Assembly (NCBI RefSeq): GCF_009914755.1
Contig: NC_060947.1
Source: the human T2T-CHM13v2.0 reference genome, Homo sapiens
Direction: 5' to 3' (one strand)
Length of the DNA: 64,000 bases
In this document: in pieces, positions 27,411-41,137 of the stretch
Layout of the letters: every line of letters starts with the position of its first letter
Numbering within the stretch: the stretch's first letter is position 1
Position numbers and translations under genes: made by a program
The notes under the pieces: model-generated
Database searches by the model: none
What the model was told of the DNA's origin: nothing
What the model saw: only the letters and a program-made list of their open reading frames with translations

Positions 27411-28374
27411 TACAAACTATTTTTGTTTGCTCATTTACTATATATCTTAGATATTTTGGAACCACCACCACCACACATCACACACAAATTCACAAACATA
27501 ACATGTTATAAAACATAGGAAATCAAATGAGAACATTTCCTAAGGCTATGCTTTTTCAACTGGTAGTTGGGGAGGAAACTGAATTTCAAAATCTCCGCTC
27601 TATAATTTCTCTCTAACTCTATATTGTCACTTCTGGGGAAAAAAAGAGAAGAAGGTAAATTGCATCTTCTGGCTCTATTCAGAAGAAGAAAAAATGGTTG
27701 GTGATCTTTGTTGTATGGATTTTATCTGATGGGTCTCCTAGTTTACACTTAGATTTGCTGAATAAATCCTCCTCATTTCCAGAAAGACAATATGGCTTTG
27801 TGGGAGTGCTGAAGGCACATCTTTGTCAGTTCCCACTATCGGAGACTCCCAGTACATCCTGTCATGCCAGGATTTGCTCTGCCTGACAAGAAGGAAGAAG
27901 CTTATGATAGCTTTCTGAATGACTCTGAAAAATGAAGCTGCTCTGCAGGTATCATCACTAGACCACAGATAAACTCAATAACATTCATCTGCTAGAAAAA
28001 AAAAAAAAAAGAAAGAAAAGGGTTCACTTCCAGATCAGCCTTTGGTAGAGATAGGCAGTAGGGACTTGGCAGTCCCTAGTCACATTCAAATGAAGGTTCG
28101 ACCTATTGTGCTGAAGTCTAAGACAAAGGTGCTTATTTAGATTTCCTATTTTATGGCTAAAATATATGTGACTGTAGGAATCCTCTGTTGGACATACGCA
28201 TACACACCAACTTATCTATTGCAAGGGTCTATATTATTAGTATGACTGTATATTAAATAATTTTATTATCTGAAAAATTTGAGTGCATTGAAGATAAAAC
28301 TGACTCCTGAAATCTAAGTCCTATTTAATCAAAACTTGCTTCAAAACCTTCCCAAAGTTTCAACATGTATTATT

Positions 28375-28686
<312 letters not shown>

Positions 28687-28739
28687 TAAAATGCTTTCTT
28701 CATAGCATTAAAAATGTTTCACAATAATTTACATGAGAA

Positions 28740-29300
28740 CTCTATGGAAGCTTAATATATTTCCAGCATAGGATACACACAATGATTCAATGTCCTGGCC
28801 CTTGAAGTACACATAATTGGAATGAGGAGAAGGACATTTGGAAAATAATTACCATGCAATATGATACCTGCTATTGTACAGGTTCTTACAGGTGCTACAG
28901 AAGAATCAAAGGAAAGGGAGACTAATTCCACCTCAGAGAATTAATGAAATGTATCACGGCAAAGATCAGATTTTGTCTGGGTCCCAAAGGACGTTCAAAA
29001 GCTTGGTAGGTTGAGAAAGTGGGAAACAGCATTCCAGGTCTAAGGAGACTGCCTTAAAGTTTAAGTAGGACAGTCAAAGAGTGGAGGAAATAAGTCAAAA
29101 TAGGAAAATGACAAAAAATAGAGAACCTTGTAGGCCAGGCTTAGGACTTCTAACTTAAGACAATGGAGATCATCAAAGACCCTTTAGATGACTAAGTCTG
29201 AGAGCAGTGTGTAAAAGGATTGGCTTGAAAAGATCAAAATCAGGAAGTCCAGATAGAATTGAGAAGACTATGGCAAATAGTGTTGGTTGATGAAAAGGCA
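28740..29300 (-). mobile_element. L2 fragment
   Basis: 'gtcctggcccttgaag', 'aacagcattccagg', 'ccttgtaggccaggcttaggactt'. Confidence 0.7.
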
Positions 29301-30652
29301 TTGTTGGTATTAATGGGAGATTCCAGAGATACTATCCAACCTGTTTTATACTTTTTTGATCAGGTTGCATGTCTAAGAACATCCCTAGGAAGTATTACTT
29401 TTCACTGCATTATTTTTTACTATTCAACTATAAAGTAAATGGATGCATGTAACTGTTGAGCCTTTCCTTGCACTCATGCCATAAATGTAAGAACATAAAG
29501 CTACACCTTAAAGTTACCTTTTAGCTCTTTTATTTTTTATGTTTTAGTAGTATTCAGTCTATTCTACTGAATTCAGTCCCGATTTGTTATATTTTATTTA
29601 CTCTTCAAAGAAAGTTTTTCAAATGACAATTGAAATAAAAGAAGATACCATTTGTTCTGTAGATTATCTACATTCCAATTCCTATTTCCTAGGTTCCCTA
29701 TTCTAATCATCTACTTTTCTATATTTTCTTCATCACCAAATACAGGCAGTCACAGGCAAGTGCAGGAGTTAATAATCATTGATAAATTACATGTTATATA
29801 GACTTTGATATTCAATTTCTCTGGAGATATATAACTATATATACCCTTCTTTCCCTCAGAGGGCTTTAAGGAAACTAAATCCCCAAAACTAAAAGCACTG
29901 ACTCATGGTTTAAAGGGTAAGTTAAATCTCTCTGTAAAGGAAAGCCTAAATGTGATCTTTGCAAACATAACTGGTGATCAATAGCCGAAAGATTAAAGCA
30001 GTACATATGCAAAAAGGAAGATTGAAACTTAACATTTTGTTTATTGATGTCATTCTTAGATCTCAATTAATTTAATTTGATACATCAACCTCCGTCCTCA
30101 ATCAAACACTAGATGGATAAAGATAATCACTATTATGTAATAGTCAATACGCCCAGGTGTCTCCTGGCATATATGATCTATTGAAATACATATATTATTA
30201 TATTTTAACTAAGAAACACAGTATCTAACCCAAGTATTATGTACATTTTTTAAACAATTCACTTCCTTGAAAGTTATGAGTTACCAATCATTTTTAATAA
30301 ATTTCTCCCAGCTTTACATTTATCTATCAATTATATCTGAACTTCAAATACACTCTGGATGCATTTGTCTCAGAGCAATGATGGTGTCTAAGCTTGCAGT
30401 TTCTGTGTCTGTGAAATTCATTTGCAGTAAATTGTGAATAAATAAATGCAGTAAAAAGCCTAGGCTCCTTGGAGAGTCTACATTCTCCTCCCTCCCATCT
30501 CTTTCTCTCTTCTTCTCTCCTACCCTCTCATCCTCCATCTGTCCCTTTCCCTATCCTTCTTATCACACATGGGAAAAACTCAATTGAATTAAATTCAGTC
30601 TACCAGAAGTATACAATTGAATTTTTGATAAACACACCAGAAATTAGATGTG

Positions 30653-31055
30653 TATGTTCATTTATTCCTTCCGCACATATTTGTTGAATGTTTACTTCAT
30701 GCCACACTATGGATCAAGCAGTGAAGATAAAACAGTAAACAAGACATGCAAGGAAACTACTCTCATGGAACTTCCAATCTATTGTAGGGAATAGCAAATA
30801 AATGACAAAATAACATAATCACCCAATATAATAAGTGTTATTGAAGAAATAAACAAGATGTTCAGATAGAAAGTACCTAAAATAGAGAGTCCAGGGAAGG
30901 AGAGAGAACTAGTCTGGATTTCATAGTCAAAGAAGGTGTTTTTTTGGATGTGCAATTAAACAGATTTGAAGGATGAAAATTATTCCATCATGCAAAATAA
31001 TAGCACAAGTTTGTCCAGGAAAGAGCCTTTGCAAATTCCCTGGGATGGAATAGAG
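30653..31055 (-). mobile_element. L2 3' end
   Basis: 'ttcatttattcc..catatttgttgaatgtttac..cagtaaacaagaca..ctctcatggaactt'. Confidence 0.8.
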
Positions 31056-31319
31056 GCCTTCATTACTGTTTGGAACTTCTCTCTTCAATCTACCTTTGTA
31101 GCCTAAAAGGCATTTTTAAATATGGTCAAGAATGTTGAAACTGTTTTTCTTGATAGTGTAAATAAATGTATGAACTACTCAAACAATTAGCTATAGTGAT
31201 AAATCGAATAAGTTGGTAGGTTTGAATATGCTGGATAACACTGTTTCTGATACCACCTAGAGACTGGTTCCCATCTGTCAACTGGTTATAAAACAATTTT
31301 GGAAGGAATATTATAACTT

Positions 31320-31745
31320 GCAAAGAAAACGAACAGAATTCAGAGAAAAAGTAACAAAAATTGCTCTTAAATATTTGAAAATATGTTCATCCTCATTCCT
31401 GAGTAGATAAGTGCAAACTAAAAGACATAGTTTCATAGTTTTTCACCAATCATATTGGCAAAGATCAAAAGTTTGGTAGTATACTGCGTTTTTTATGGTA
31501 TGAGGAAATTGATGTTCTCATACCTTCCTGACAGATTTGAACTGATATACGTGGCCATGTGTATGACTATGCGCATGTATGTACAGCAGATATCTGAAAG
31601 AATACACAGAAAACCGCAATGCCAGCACCCCCAGTAAGAGAGAAGGAGGATAACTAGGAGGCTAGCTAACATAATAGGAGAAACAATTTTCTTTATGCGT
31701 TCTTTTTTGTTTACCTCTATGAATTTTGTACTATGTGCAATTAAC
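31320..31745 (+). mobile_element. L1ME fragments
   Basis: 'atatttgaaaatatgttcatcctcatt..ttttcaccaatcatattggcaaagatcaaaagttt'. Confidence 0.65.
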
Positions 31746-31821
31746 TAGGTAATTGGAGCTTTAAGAGCACTTTGGGGGTCATTAACACTAAAAATATTTT
31801 ACATAGAAATAATTATAAGCA

Positions 31822-32030
31822 TATTCATCCAACCATTTATTTATTTATCCATGCACCCATCCATCCATTCATCCATCCATCCGTTTATCTCTTCATCCAT
31901 CTCATGTTTAATTTGTATAAACGTTTATTTATCCCATAGACTCTATGTATGTATGGTACATGTAAGGTTATATAAGAGATACAATGTTAAATAAGGCAGT
32001 TTCTACTATCCCTAAATTTACAATGAAGGA
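31822..32030 (-). mobile_element. L2 3' end with (CCAT)n tail expansion
   Basis: Degenerate (ccat)n at 31847-31900, followed by L2-like sequence. Confidence 0.5.
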
Positions 32031-32454
32031 GAAAAGCTACCTCATGATTACAGATATGAAGGGTTTGGTAAATGCATCACCAAGGCTTACACGTAAGCAG
32101 AAGGAGAGGGTGCAGAGAGCTAAAAGGCTCCCCCAAAGGACTGAAACTTGAAAGGAATTCTGCAGATAGGTTTGAAAGCCCTGACATGATTTTTTTTTTT
32201 TTTTACTGTTTCCTATTGCATATTCTTTTGTCCCTTTCAAGTATGAAAATTCTTATAATTTCCTTCAATGTATACTCTCTAAGTAATAAAAACAATTGTA
32301 TTCTCAAAAGCTAACAAACAAGAAAGCAAGCAAACAAAAGTTCAGGTATCACATTTGCAGTAATATACAAGTGCTTTCATTAAAATTATGCTTTTATGTG
32401 TTTACTTAGAGGAGTCTTGAGAAAATATTTAGACCTACCCCCTAAGCTTTAGGG

Positions 32455-32776
32455 AAGTGGTCCCCAACCTTTTTAGCACCAGGGACTGGTTTCGTGGAAG
32501 ACAATTTTTTCACAGACTTGGGCTGGGGAGATGGTTTGGGAATGATTCAAGCACATTACAACATTTATCATTAAATTCTCATAAGGAGCACACAACCTAG
32601 ATCCCTCGCATGCGCAGGTCACAATAGGGTTCTCGCTCCTATGAGAATGTAATGCTGCTGCTTATCTGACAGGAGGCAGAGCTCAGGCTTGCCCGGGGCT
32701 CACTTCCTGCTGTTCCCCCTGGTTTCTAACAGGTCACGGACCGATTGGTCTGGGGCCCAGGGTTTGGGGACCCCTG
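32455..32776 (-). mobile_element. MER1 (MER1A/1B) hAT-Charlie element
   Basis: 'ggtccccaaccttttt..caccagggactggtttcgtggaagacaatttt' and 'aacctagatccctcgcatgcgcag'; TSD ctttaggg/ctttgggg. Confidence 0.93.
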
Positions 32777-33291
32777 CTTTGGGGACCCCTGCTTTGGGGA
32801 GAACAGCATAAAAAGGCAGCATTTCTGAAACTGTTCTAGATTTTTATTTTTCTGTCAGTAAAATGGTTGTAGTATTGGTATATAAATCTTACACTGTATT
32901 GTAGAGTCTCAATAAAGTTACTCACTGAATGAATATTTTAAAAAGTTTTCCCTTATTAAATTACAAAAGTAAAATAGGAGTACTATAACATAATCTACAT
33001 AAATACCAAATATGAATTGATATATTTTTCCTATATTTTAACAGAAATTCTTCTTGAGAGAAACATAGAATTCTATGTCTCCTATTTATAGACATTAACT
33101 GCTACATTTTGCACAACCACTTTTACCGTTAGAAAGAGAACTGTACTTTGATGGTTACATAGCACCTTTTCCTCATGTACAAAATACTAATGCTACTAAC
33201 AAAAATAATTTTAAGTGATCAAAATACGAAATGTAATTATCAAACCCCATTATGAGGATGAGGTTAAGATAAAGTAAAATCATCTTTGTCA

Positions 33292-33599
<308 letters not shown>

Positions 33600-34259
33600 T
33601 CAACTTTATCTATGCTTTGCTATAGGTGTTAACGATAATTGCCTATTGTCCTACATGGATGATTTTATTAATAGTGATTACATAAAAAAATGAAAAACTT
33701 TCTGTGTAGTGGTGATGTAAAAAGATAGTTTTCATCACATGGATTTGTTATATTTTTAAAAAGATAATTCTTCATAGGTTTTTCAGGGATTGTCTGGTTT
33801 TATTTGTTTAATGAAAAATAAATGAGGTAACGTCTCATTGTAAAATAAGAGTTTAAATTTTAATTAGGAAAAGATACCCAAGACAGAAATACATTTAAAA
33901 TAAGATAGATTATCACTTTTAATTATAGAAAATGAAGCTTTCCAGAATTATGTTTAAATTTATAGATGCATTAAAAACTATCAAGTTTAAACATTTAAGT
34001 ACCTGAATAATGTTGAGCAAATAGCAACTTTGGACTATGCTGGCATGAGGAGAGTGAGGAAATGCCACGATAAAAATCAGAAATTATTAAAGAAGTCCTT
34101 GCTTTCTTTTGCTTACAAAAGATTCTATTGATATTGAAAAACAAACCAAAACAAACAAAAAAATGGCTCCGGCATCTGGATTCAAAATGTTTCCATAAGT
34201 CTATGGATGCAAAGTGAGTCTCAATTTTATGAAATAAGAAAAAAGAAAAATGTTAGCTA

Positions 34260-34560
34260 GACCAGGCATGATGGATCACACTTGTAATCCCAGCACTTTG
34301 GGAGGCTGAGGCGGGAGGATTGCTTGAGGCCAGGAGTTCTAGACCAGCTTGGGAAACATAGCAAGACCCTGGCTCCACGAAAAATAAAAAGAAAATTAGC
34401 AGGGCGTGGTGTGCACTTGTCCCAGCTACTCAGGAGGTGCAGGTGGGAGAATCATCTGAGCCCAGGAATTCAAGGTTAGAGTGAGCTATGATCATGCCAC
34501 TGCACTTCAGCCTGGGTGCCAGAGAGAGATCTTGTCCCTTAAAGATAAAAATAAAAAATA
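34260..34560 (+). mobile_element. AluJ (Jo/Jr-like)
   Basis: 'ggaggattgcttgaggccagg' and 'gtgagctatgatcatgcc'; TSD aaat(g/a)ttagcta. Confidence 0.93.
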
Positions 34561-35157
34561 AATATTAGCTAACCTACTAGTTTTACCTGAGTTCCTTCAG
34601 TGGATTACAACATATTTCAAACCACAGCCCTATTGAAGTTAATTTCTGTGTGATGGAATTTATTAGCTTTATGTTTTAAAATACACTGATTTTCTCCTCT
34701 GAAAGAGTGAGAAAATATTCTTTAGAAACAGTTTACATTACAAACTCTGATGAGTGGATATGAATACTTTGCCAATGAAATGTGTGTGGATACTTGGAAA
34801 TTGGCTGGGACATGAATAAATTGCTCAACCCTATTACTGTACACACTGAAGTACTATTTTTTAGTACTTCAGCAGTAGGTCAGCAGTAGAATCCTCATAT
34901 CCCCAAAGAAAGAACATTATAAATATATGTGTAAATTTTTAGCATAAAACGTGTTTAAAATAAAATATTAAGATGGAATATTAAGTATAACCTGAATATT
35001 AAGAACAGATACACTCGGAATTAGTGGGGTTGGGGAAAAAGTAGAAGACAGCTCTGTGGCCGATGGTTTTGGTAATAATGTTTAGGGATTCCAGGAATAT
35101 GATTTTCAATGTCATAGTATTTTTCCAAATGACTAAGTAGGTTTTTCAAAAACTCTG

Positions 35158-35159
<2 letters not shown>

Positions 35160-35188
<29 letters not shown>
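35160..35188. repeat. Poly(T) tract, T29
   Basis: Read directly. Confidence 0.95.
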
Positions 35189-35192
<4 letters not shown>

Positions 35193-35934
35193 AAATAATT
35201 GATGGACTCAATCTGAAAGTTATTTTGGCCTACCATACAAAGCCTATGCAGTTCTCAGTATGTGACCTGCTGGAATGAGTGTGACCACCTCAGTAGATAC
35301 TAACGTTGTACTGGCAATACTTTTAAGTTTAAAACCACAACATTGTATTCCGGAAGACTTCTATTTTGAGTCTTTTCATTCTGATAGTATCCTCCAAGGA
35401 ACTTTAAAGAATAGAACCCCTGATTCAGGTAACAAGATCTGAATGTTTGGGATGCATCAGTGAGTAGAAGCAATTCACGCACTTTCAGAAGTCCTTAACT
35501 TTTGGGCTCCTCAAGTAACTGGACTGTAACTTGAATCCAGTAAATGAACTACATGAAACTGTCACCAAACTAAAGCAATTGATGAAACAGTAACACGAAT
35601 AAATATAAAAGGCACTGCTAAAAAGGCTTTAAGAAAGGCTTTTTAACATTTTTGAGGGAAATAGTATGTAAAAGTGTAGTACATGATAACTAAAATTAGT
35701 TAAATTAATTGCAGGAGTTACTTTAATCACCACATGTCTACATAACAATCTAAACTACTAAACGTTATAATCTTCAAGAAAAGGCTACAACTATGAAAAA
35801 GAGCATTGATGAATGTATTAAGTTTGATAGTAAAAACAAAACAGACAAATTAAGCTGATTTGGCCATTGATTAACTTTTGGATATTGGGGGACATAAATA
35901 TTTATGGCTTGTTTTCTATATCTTTAAATTGAGT

Positions 35935-36930
<996 letters not shown>

Positions 36931-36954
36931 TTTAAATAAAATAAAATGGATTTG

Positions 36955-37065
36955 ATCATCCTAACACATTTACAAGGTTGTTATAAGATCTAAACATGGT
37001 ATCATCTGCAGAGGTCTTGGCTTAATGTCTGACATATATTAATTGCTTAGCAAATCGTAGCTGTA
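36955..37065 (+). mobile_element. MIR 3' fragment
   Basis: 'aggttgttataagatctaaa..aatgtctgacatata..gcttagcaaat'. Confidence 0.55.
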
Positions 37066-37365
37066 ATCACTAAATAAATAAATTTATTGACTTTTTTATT
37101 CCATAGTACCCTTCGCTACATTATTTGTATCTCTACTTCGTCTACTGGGAAGGTATGCCTGTGGCAGAAAAGTTTCCATCTTATCTAGCCTTTCTCACAT
37201 TCCCTTCTGTCCAAATCATTCCAGCCCACTCTGAATCTAACTTGTTTTGACAGAGTACTTATTTACTTGGCACATGATAGGTTCTTAATAAATATTTGTT
37301 TATTGCCTTATAGGAAGAAAGTTATGAAGGAAATATAACTTGTTTACTGAGGGGTAGCAAGTTTC

Positions 37366-37555
37366 CTTCTTTCTTTCTTTTTTTTTTTTTTTTTTTTTGA
37401 TGGAATTTCGCTCTTGTTGCCCAGGCTGGAGTATGATGGCCAGATCTCAGCTCACCACAACCTCCGCCTTTTAGTGGAGATGATGTTTCTCCATGTTGGT
37501 CAGGCTGGTCTTGAACTCCCGGCCTCAGGTGACCCGCTGCCTCGGACGCCCGGCC
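37366..37555 (-). mobile_element. AluSp/Sq-like with two internal deletions
   Basis: T tail, 'tttcgctcttgttgccc', both Alu ends present, TSD gcaagt.t..; only about 160 nt of body. Confidence 0.9.
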
Positions 37556-39567
37556 GCAAGTCTTTCTTTTATCTTACTAAACACAGACAAATGATGGAGA
37601 AAAAGTCTGTTAAGCAAATGCATACTGTCTTGGATTATTTAAGTTTTCGGGTATTTAGGTTGATTTCCCAACTAGGATATCCTGGAAACAGATTTAATGT
37701 AAATCATCTTATCCCTTCAATCTTTAGATTCTGTATTAATCTTTCTAAAAATTTGCTCTTATGTTCTTCTGGAACATTTATATCCCTAATAGGGATGGTA
37801 AATCTGATAATCTGATATTCAAGGTAGCATGGTGCACACATGGATTATTTGATTTAGAAAAAAAATAGACATGTGTTTCCCTAACCGCTTGTAAAATGCA
37901 GCATGTATATAAATCATCTCATGTATTAGGCAGTTTCCATTTTCCCAAAAGAAAATATGCCTGTGAGCCCTCAAAAATATTTTAGGCCAACATGTATACA
38001 CAAAATTTTAGGACTTTAGCAAATATATATAATCAATTGTATGCATGATTTTGATAAGAAATTGATGCCATTAATTTTCTATGATAAAAATATTAAATAT
38101 TTTTATATTTCATATTTATATCATATAAAACATTAGAAATATTAGAAATGCTGGCATGTTTTTTAGTCTCGCATTTCATGAAATGACTTTATTCGATCTC
38201 TTTGAAAGCTACTTTGAGGTAATTTTTTTCTTTGTCATAAGAACCCCTTTTTTTAATGTCATCTAGAAGCTTTTTTCAGAACCCATCAACTCCATTTCCA
38301 GCTACATAAGTTGAGATAAATTACTTTGTGAATATGTATGCTCTTCGTCATAAAAATTTGACCTCACGCCACACTCTGCTTGCTAGTAAGAAAGCTGTTG
38401 TTTATATTTTTCCCCTTGTCTTTTGGTGTATATTTGTGAATTCAATAGCATGACTGCTTACTGTTTTGTATATGTGGATACGTAGGTATGTGTGATTTTT
38501 TAAATTATCATTAACAATGACACCTAGCAAGTAAGAAGATGAGGTCAGATACCTGGGAATAATCTAACATTCAATATTTGCCTTCAGTTTTTCAATCCGT
38601 TTCATCAGGTAACCTACTTACAGATGTAAAACTTGCAATGATTTGTCTTCTAAACAGTATTATCTTATTCAGAGTAAAGCAATTGAGAGTTCTTTCTAAA
38701 ATAAGAGATTTTTAAAATATAATTAAGCAACTTTGAACAAATTCACCTATAAGGAGACGTACCAGTTATAACACTGTTAACTTACATGGGGTTGGGGTAA
38801 TTGCTTACAATCAGATATTCTCAGACATTACAAACTTTAGGTTGCAGTACTACAAACAAATATAATGAAAACGGTGAATAAACATTTGTTTATGCATGGC
38901 TTTATTCTTTTGTTCACCAATTCCTTGTTCTGTTTAAACACATTCCAAAAACATTTACCCATAACGTAAAGGAAGGTATGCATAGATATAATTTCAAACA
39001 TTAGTCAATAGCATTCAGTGACTGAATGGATTTCAGGATGGAGAAAGGAATACAAAAATAAGCGACTTCAGGGATTTCAGATATAGGAGCCTGGAAGCAG
39101 TGGTGCTTAATAGAAAGGGGAAAGAGTCATGAAGAGCTGGTTTATGTGGGAGTAGATAATGAGTTCCATTTGGTATATTTAATTTTGAGACTGATGGGGG
39201 GACACTTAATTGGAGACGTTCTGTAGGTGTAATTATATTAAGAAGGGGAAAAATTCAATTAGAGCTCCACTAAATTATATCAGCTGTGTCCAAACCATAT
39301 TGATTGCCTGTGTGTATAGCTGGTGTGCAGTGTAGCAGAGCTGAATGCTACTAAGCTCCCTTCCGTTCTACGTTTTTTGATTTGAAGAAGAATATGGAGG
39401 GTGACATGCTGGAAAGAGGACATGACCAGCAGCTTTCTCTCTCTCTCTCTCTCACTGTTCCTCTGGTTTCTCCTTTGTTTCCTCTACTGCAAATGGATAA
39501 TACTGTGCCATGTTCAACTAATTGGCCATAGTTACTGAGGATATCAAAACCCATCAAGCACAGATAC

Positions 39568-39983
39568 TTTTCTTTTATATTATTATTATATTTTAAGTTC
39601 TGGGATACATGTGCAGAACGTGCAGGTTTGTTACATAGGTATGCACGTGCTATGGTGGACTGCTGCACCCATCAACCCGTCATCTACATTAGGTATTTCT
39701 CCTAATGCTATCCCTCCCTTTGCCCCCCACCCCCTGACAGGCCCAGGTGTGTGATGTTCCCTTCCCTGTGTCCATGTGTTCTTGTTGTTCAACTCCCACT
39801 TATAAGACAGAACATGTGGTATTTGGTTTTCTGTTCCTGTTTTAGTTTGCTGAGAATGATGGTTTCCAGCTTCATCCATGTCCCTGCAAAGGACATAAAC
39901 TCATAATTTTTTATGGCTGCACAGTATTCCATGGTGTATATGTGCCACATTTTCTTTATCCAGTCTATCTTTGATGGGCATTT
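39568..39983 (-). mobile_element. 5'-truncated L1PA (about PA7/8) 3' end
   Basis: 'ttaagttctgggatacatgtgcagaacgtgcaggtttgttacatagg'; ORF 39789-39986 matches the ORF2p C-terminus. Confidence 0.95.
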
Positions 39984-40343
39984 CAACTTACAATGAAGTT
40001 ACATGCTGATATACCCATCATAGTTTGGAAATTTTGAAACTTGAAAATGCATTTGATACACCTAACAGACTGTACATCATAGGTTAGCCTAGCCTATCTT
40101 AAACATGCTTAGAACACTTACGTTAGCCTACAGTTGGGAAAAAAATCATAAAACACAAAGCCTATTTTATAATAAAATGTTGAATATTTCATGTAATTTA
40201 TTAAATACTATACTGAAAGTCAAAACCAGAATAGTTGTATAGGTCCTCAAAGTATGGTTTCCACAGCATGAGTATCACTTTCGCACCATCCTAAAGTCGA
40301 AAAATTGTTAAGTTGAACTACTGTATGTCGGGGACCATCTCTG
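39984..40343 (+). mobile_element. MER47A (Tigger-family) element; first ~10 bp displaced to 39561-39570
   Basis: 'ttagcctagcctatcttaaacatgcttagaacacttac..ctacagttggg' and end 'gtcggggaccatct..g|ta'. Confidence 0.88.
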
Positions 40344-40529
40344 TACTTGAAAGTAGTCAGAAAACCAAAAAAGTAATAAAAATATATGATACGGTATTAT
40401 TATTATTATTATTAGGTCTAGTATTCTACTTAGAGAAAGAGGAACTTCCACTAAGTATCTGGATTAAAAGAAGCTTTTGTTATTTATACAACTAAAACGT
40501 TGTAGAAATTATTTCCCAACTAATCAAGA

Positions 40530-40950
40530 CGCTTTTAAATGCCTTCACAATCTAATCATAACCTGCTTTTCTAGCCCTATTTTTGGTATTTCACCCAAGC
40601 ATTCAAGATTTCAGAAACATATAGCTACCCATTGTCCTTCCCAGATACTATGAAATTACATTCCTTTAAGCTTTTGTACATGTTGGTCCCTCCCTCCTGG
40701 AATGCAACCCCTACTCCTCCATAACCCCAATTCTTCATTTGATAAATCTTTACATGCTTTGAGATTTATCTCAAATATTACCCCATTCCTCCTACCCTAA
40801 GCAAAACCATTCATTTCTTTTGCATTATATATATTTACTATTGCATACACAAAATGCTACATTCTCTATGACACACTATACTAGGTTGTGAACTCATCAA
40901 GTGCACTATTTTTTAATTTTTCCATTCTTTACACCTAACTCAAGTCTATG
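40530..40950 (+). mobile_element. L2 fragment
   Basis: 'cttttgtacatgttggtccctccctcctggaatgc' and 'actaggttgtgaactcatcaag'. Confidence 0.6.
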
Positions 40951-40951
40951 C

Positions 40952-41137
40952 ATATATTTTTCTATTATATGATTCATATATTATATATTATACATTTATT
41001 ATATATATTATTTTATACTATATTAATACATATTAACAATTAATACTATATATATTTCATATATGTTAAATTATGCATTTTATCTTATTACATATTATAT
41101 ATATTCATATGATTCATATATTATATGGATTCATATA
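40952..41137. repeat. AT-rich low-complexity tract
   Basis: TA-rich, with recurring 'atatgattcatatattatat'. Confidence 0.85.

Noticed and set aside
35160-35430. T29-AG as a splice acceptor for a coding exon
   Set aside because: The frames I followed close quickly or give no recognisable peptide; poly(T) alone is not evidence
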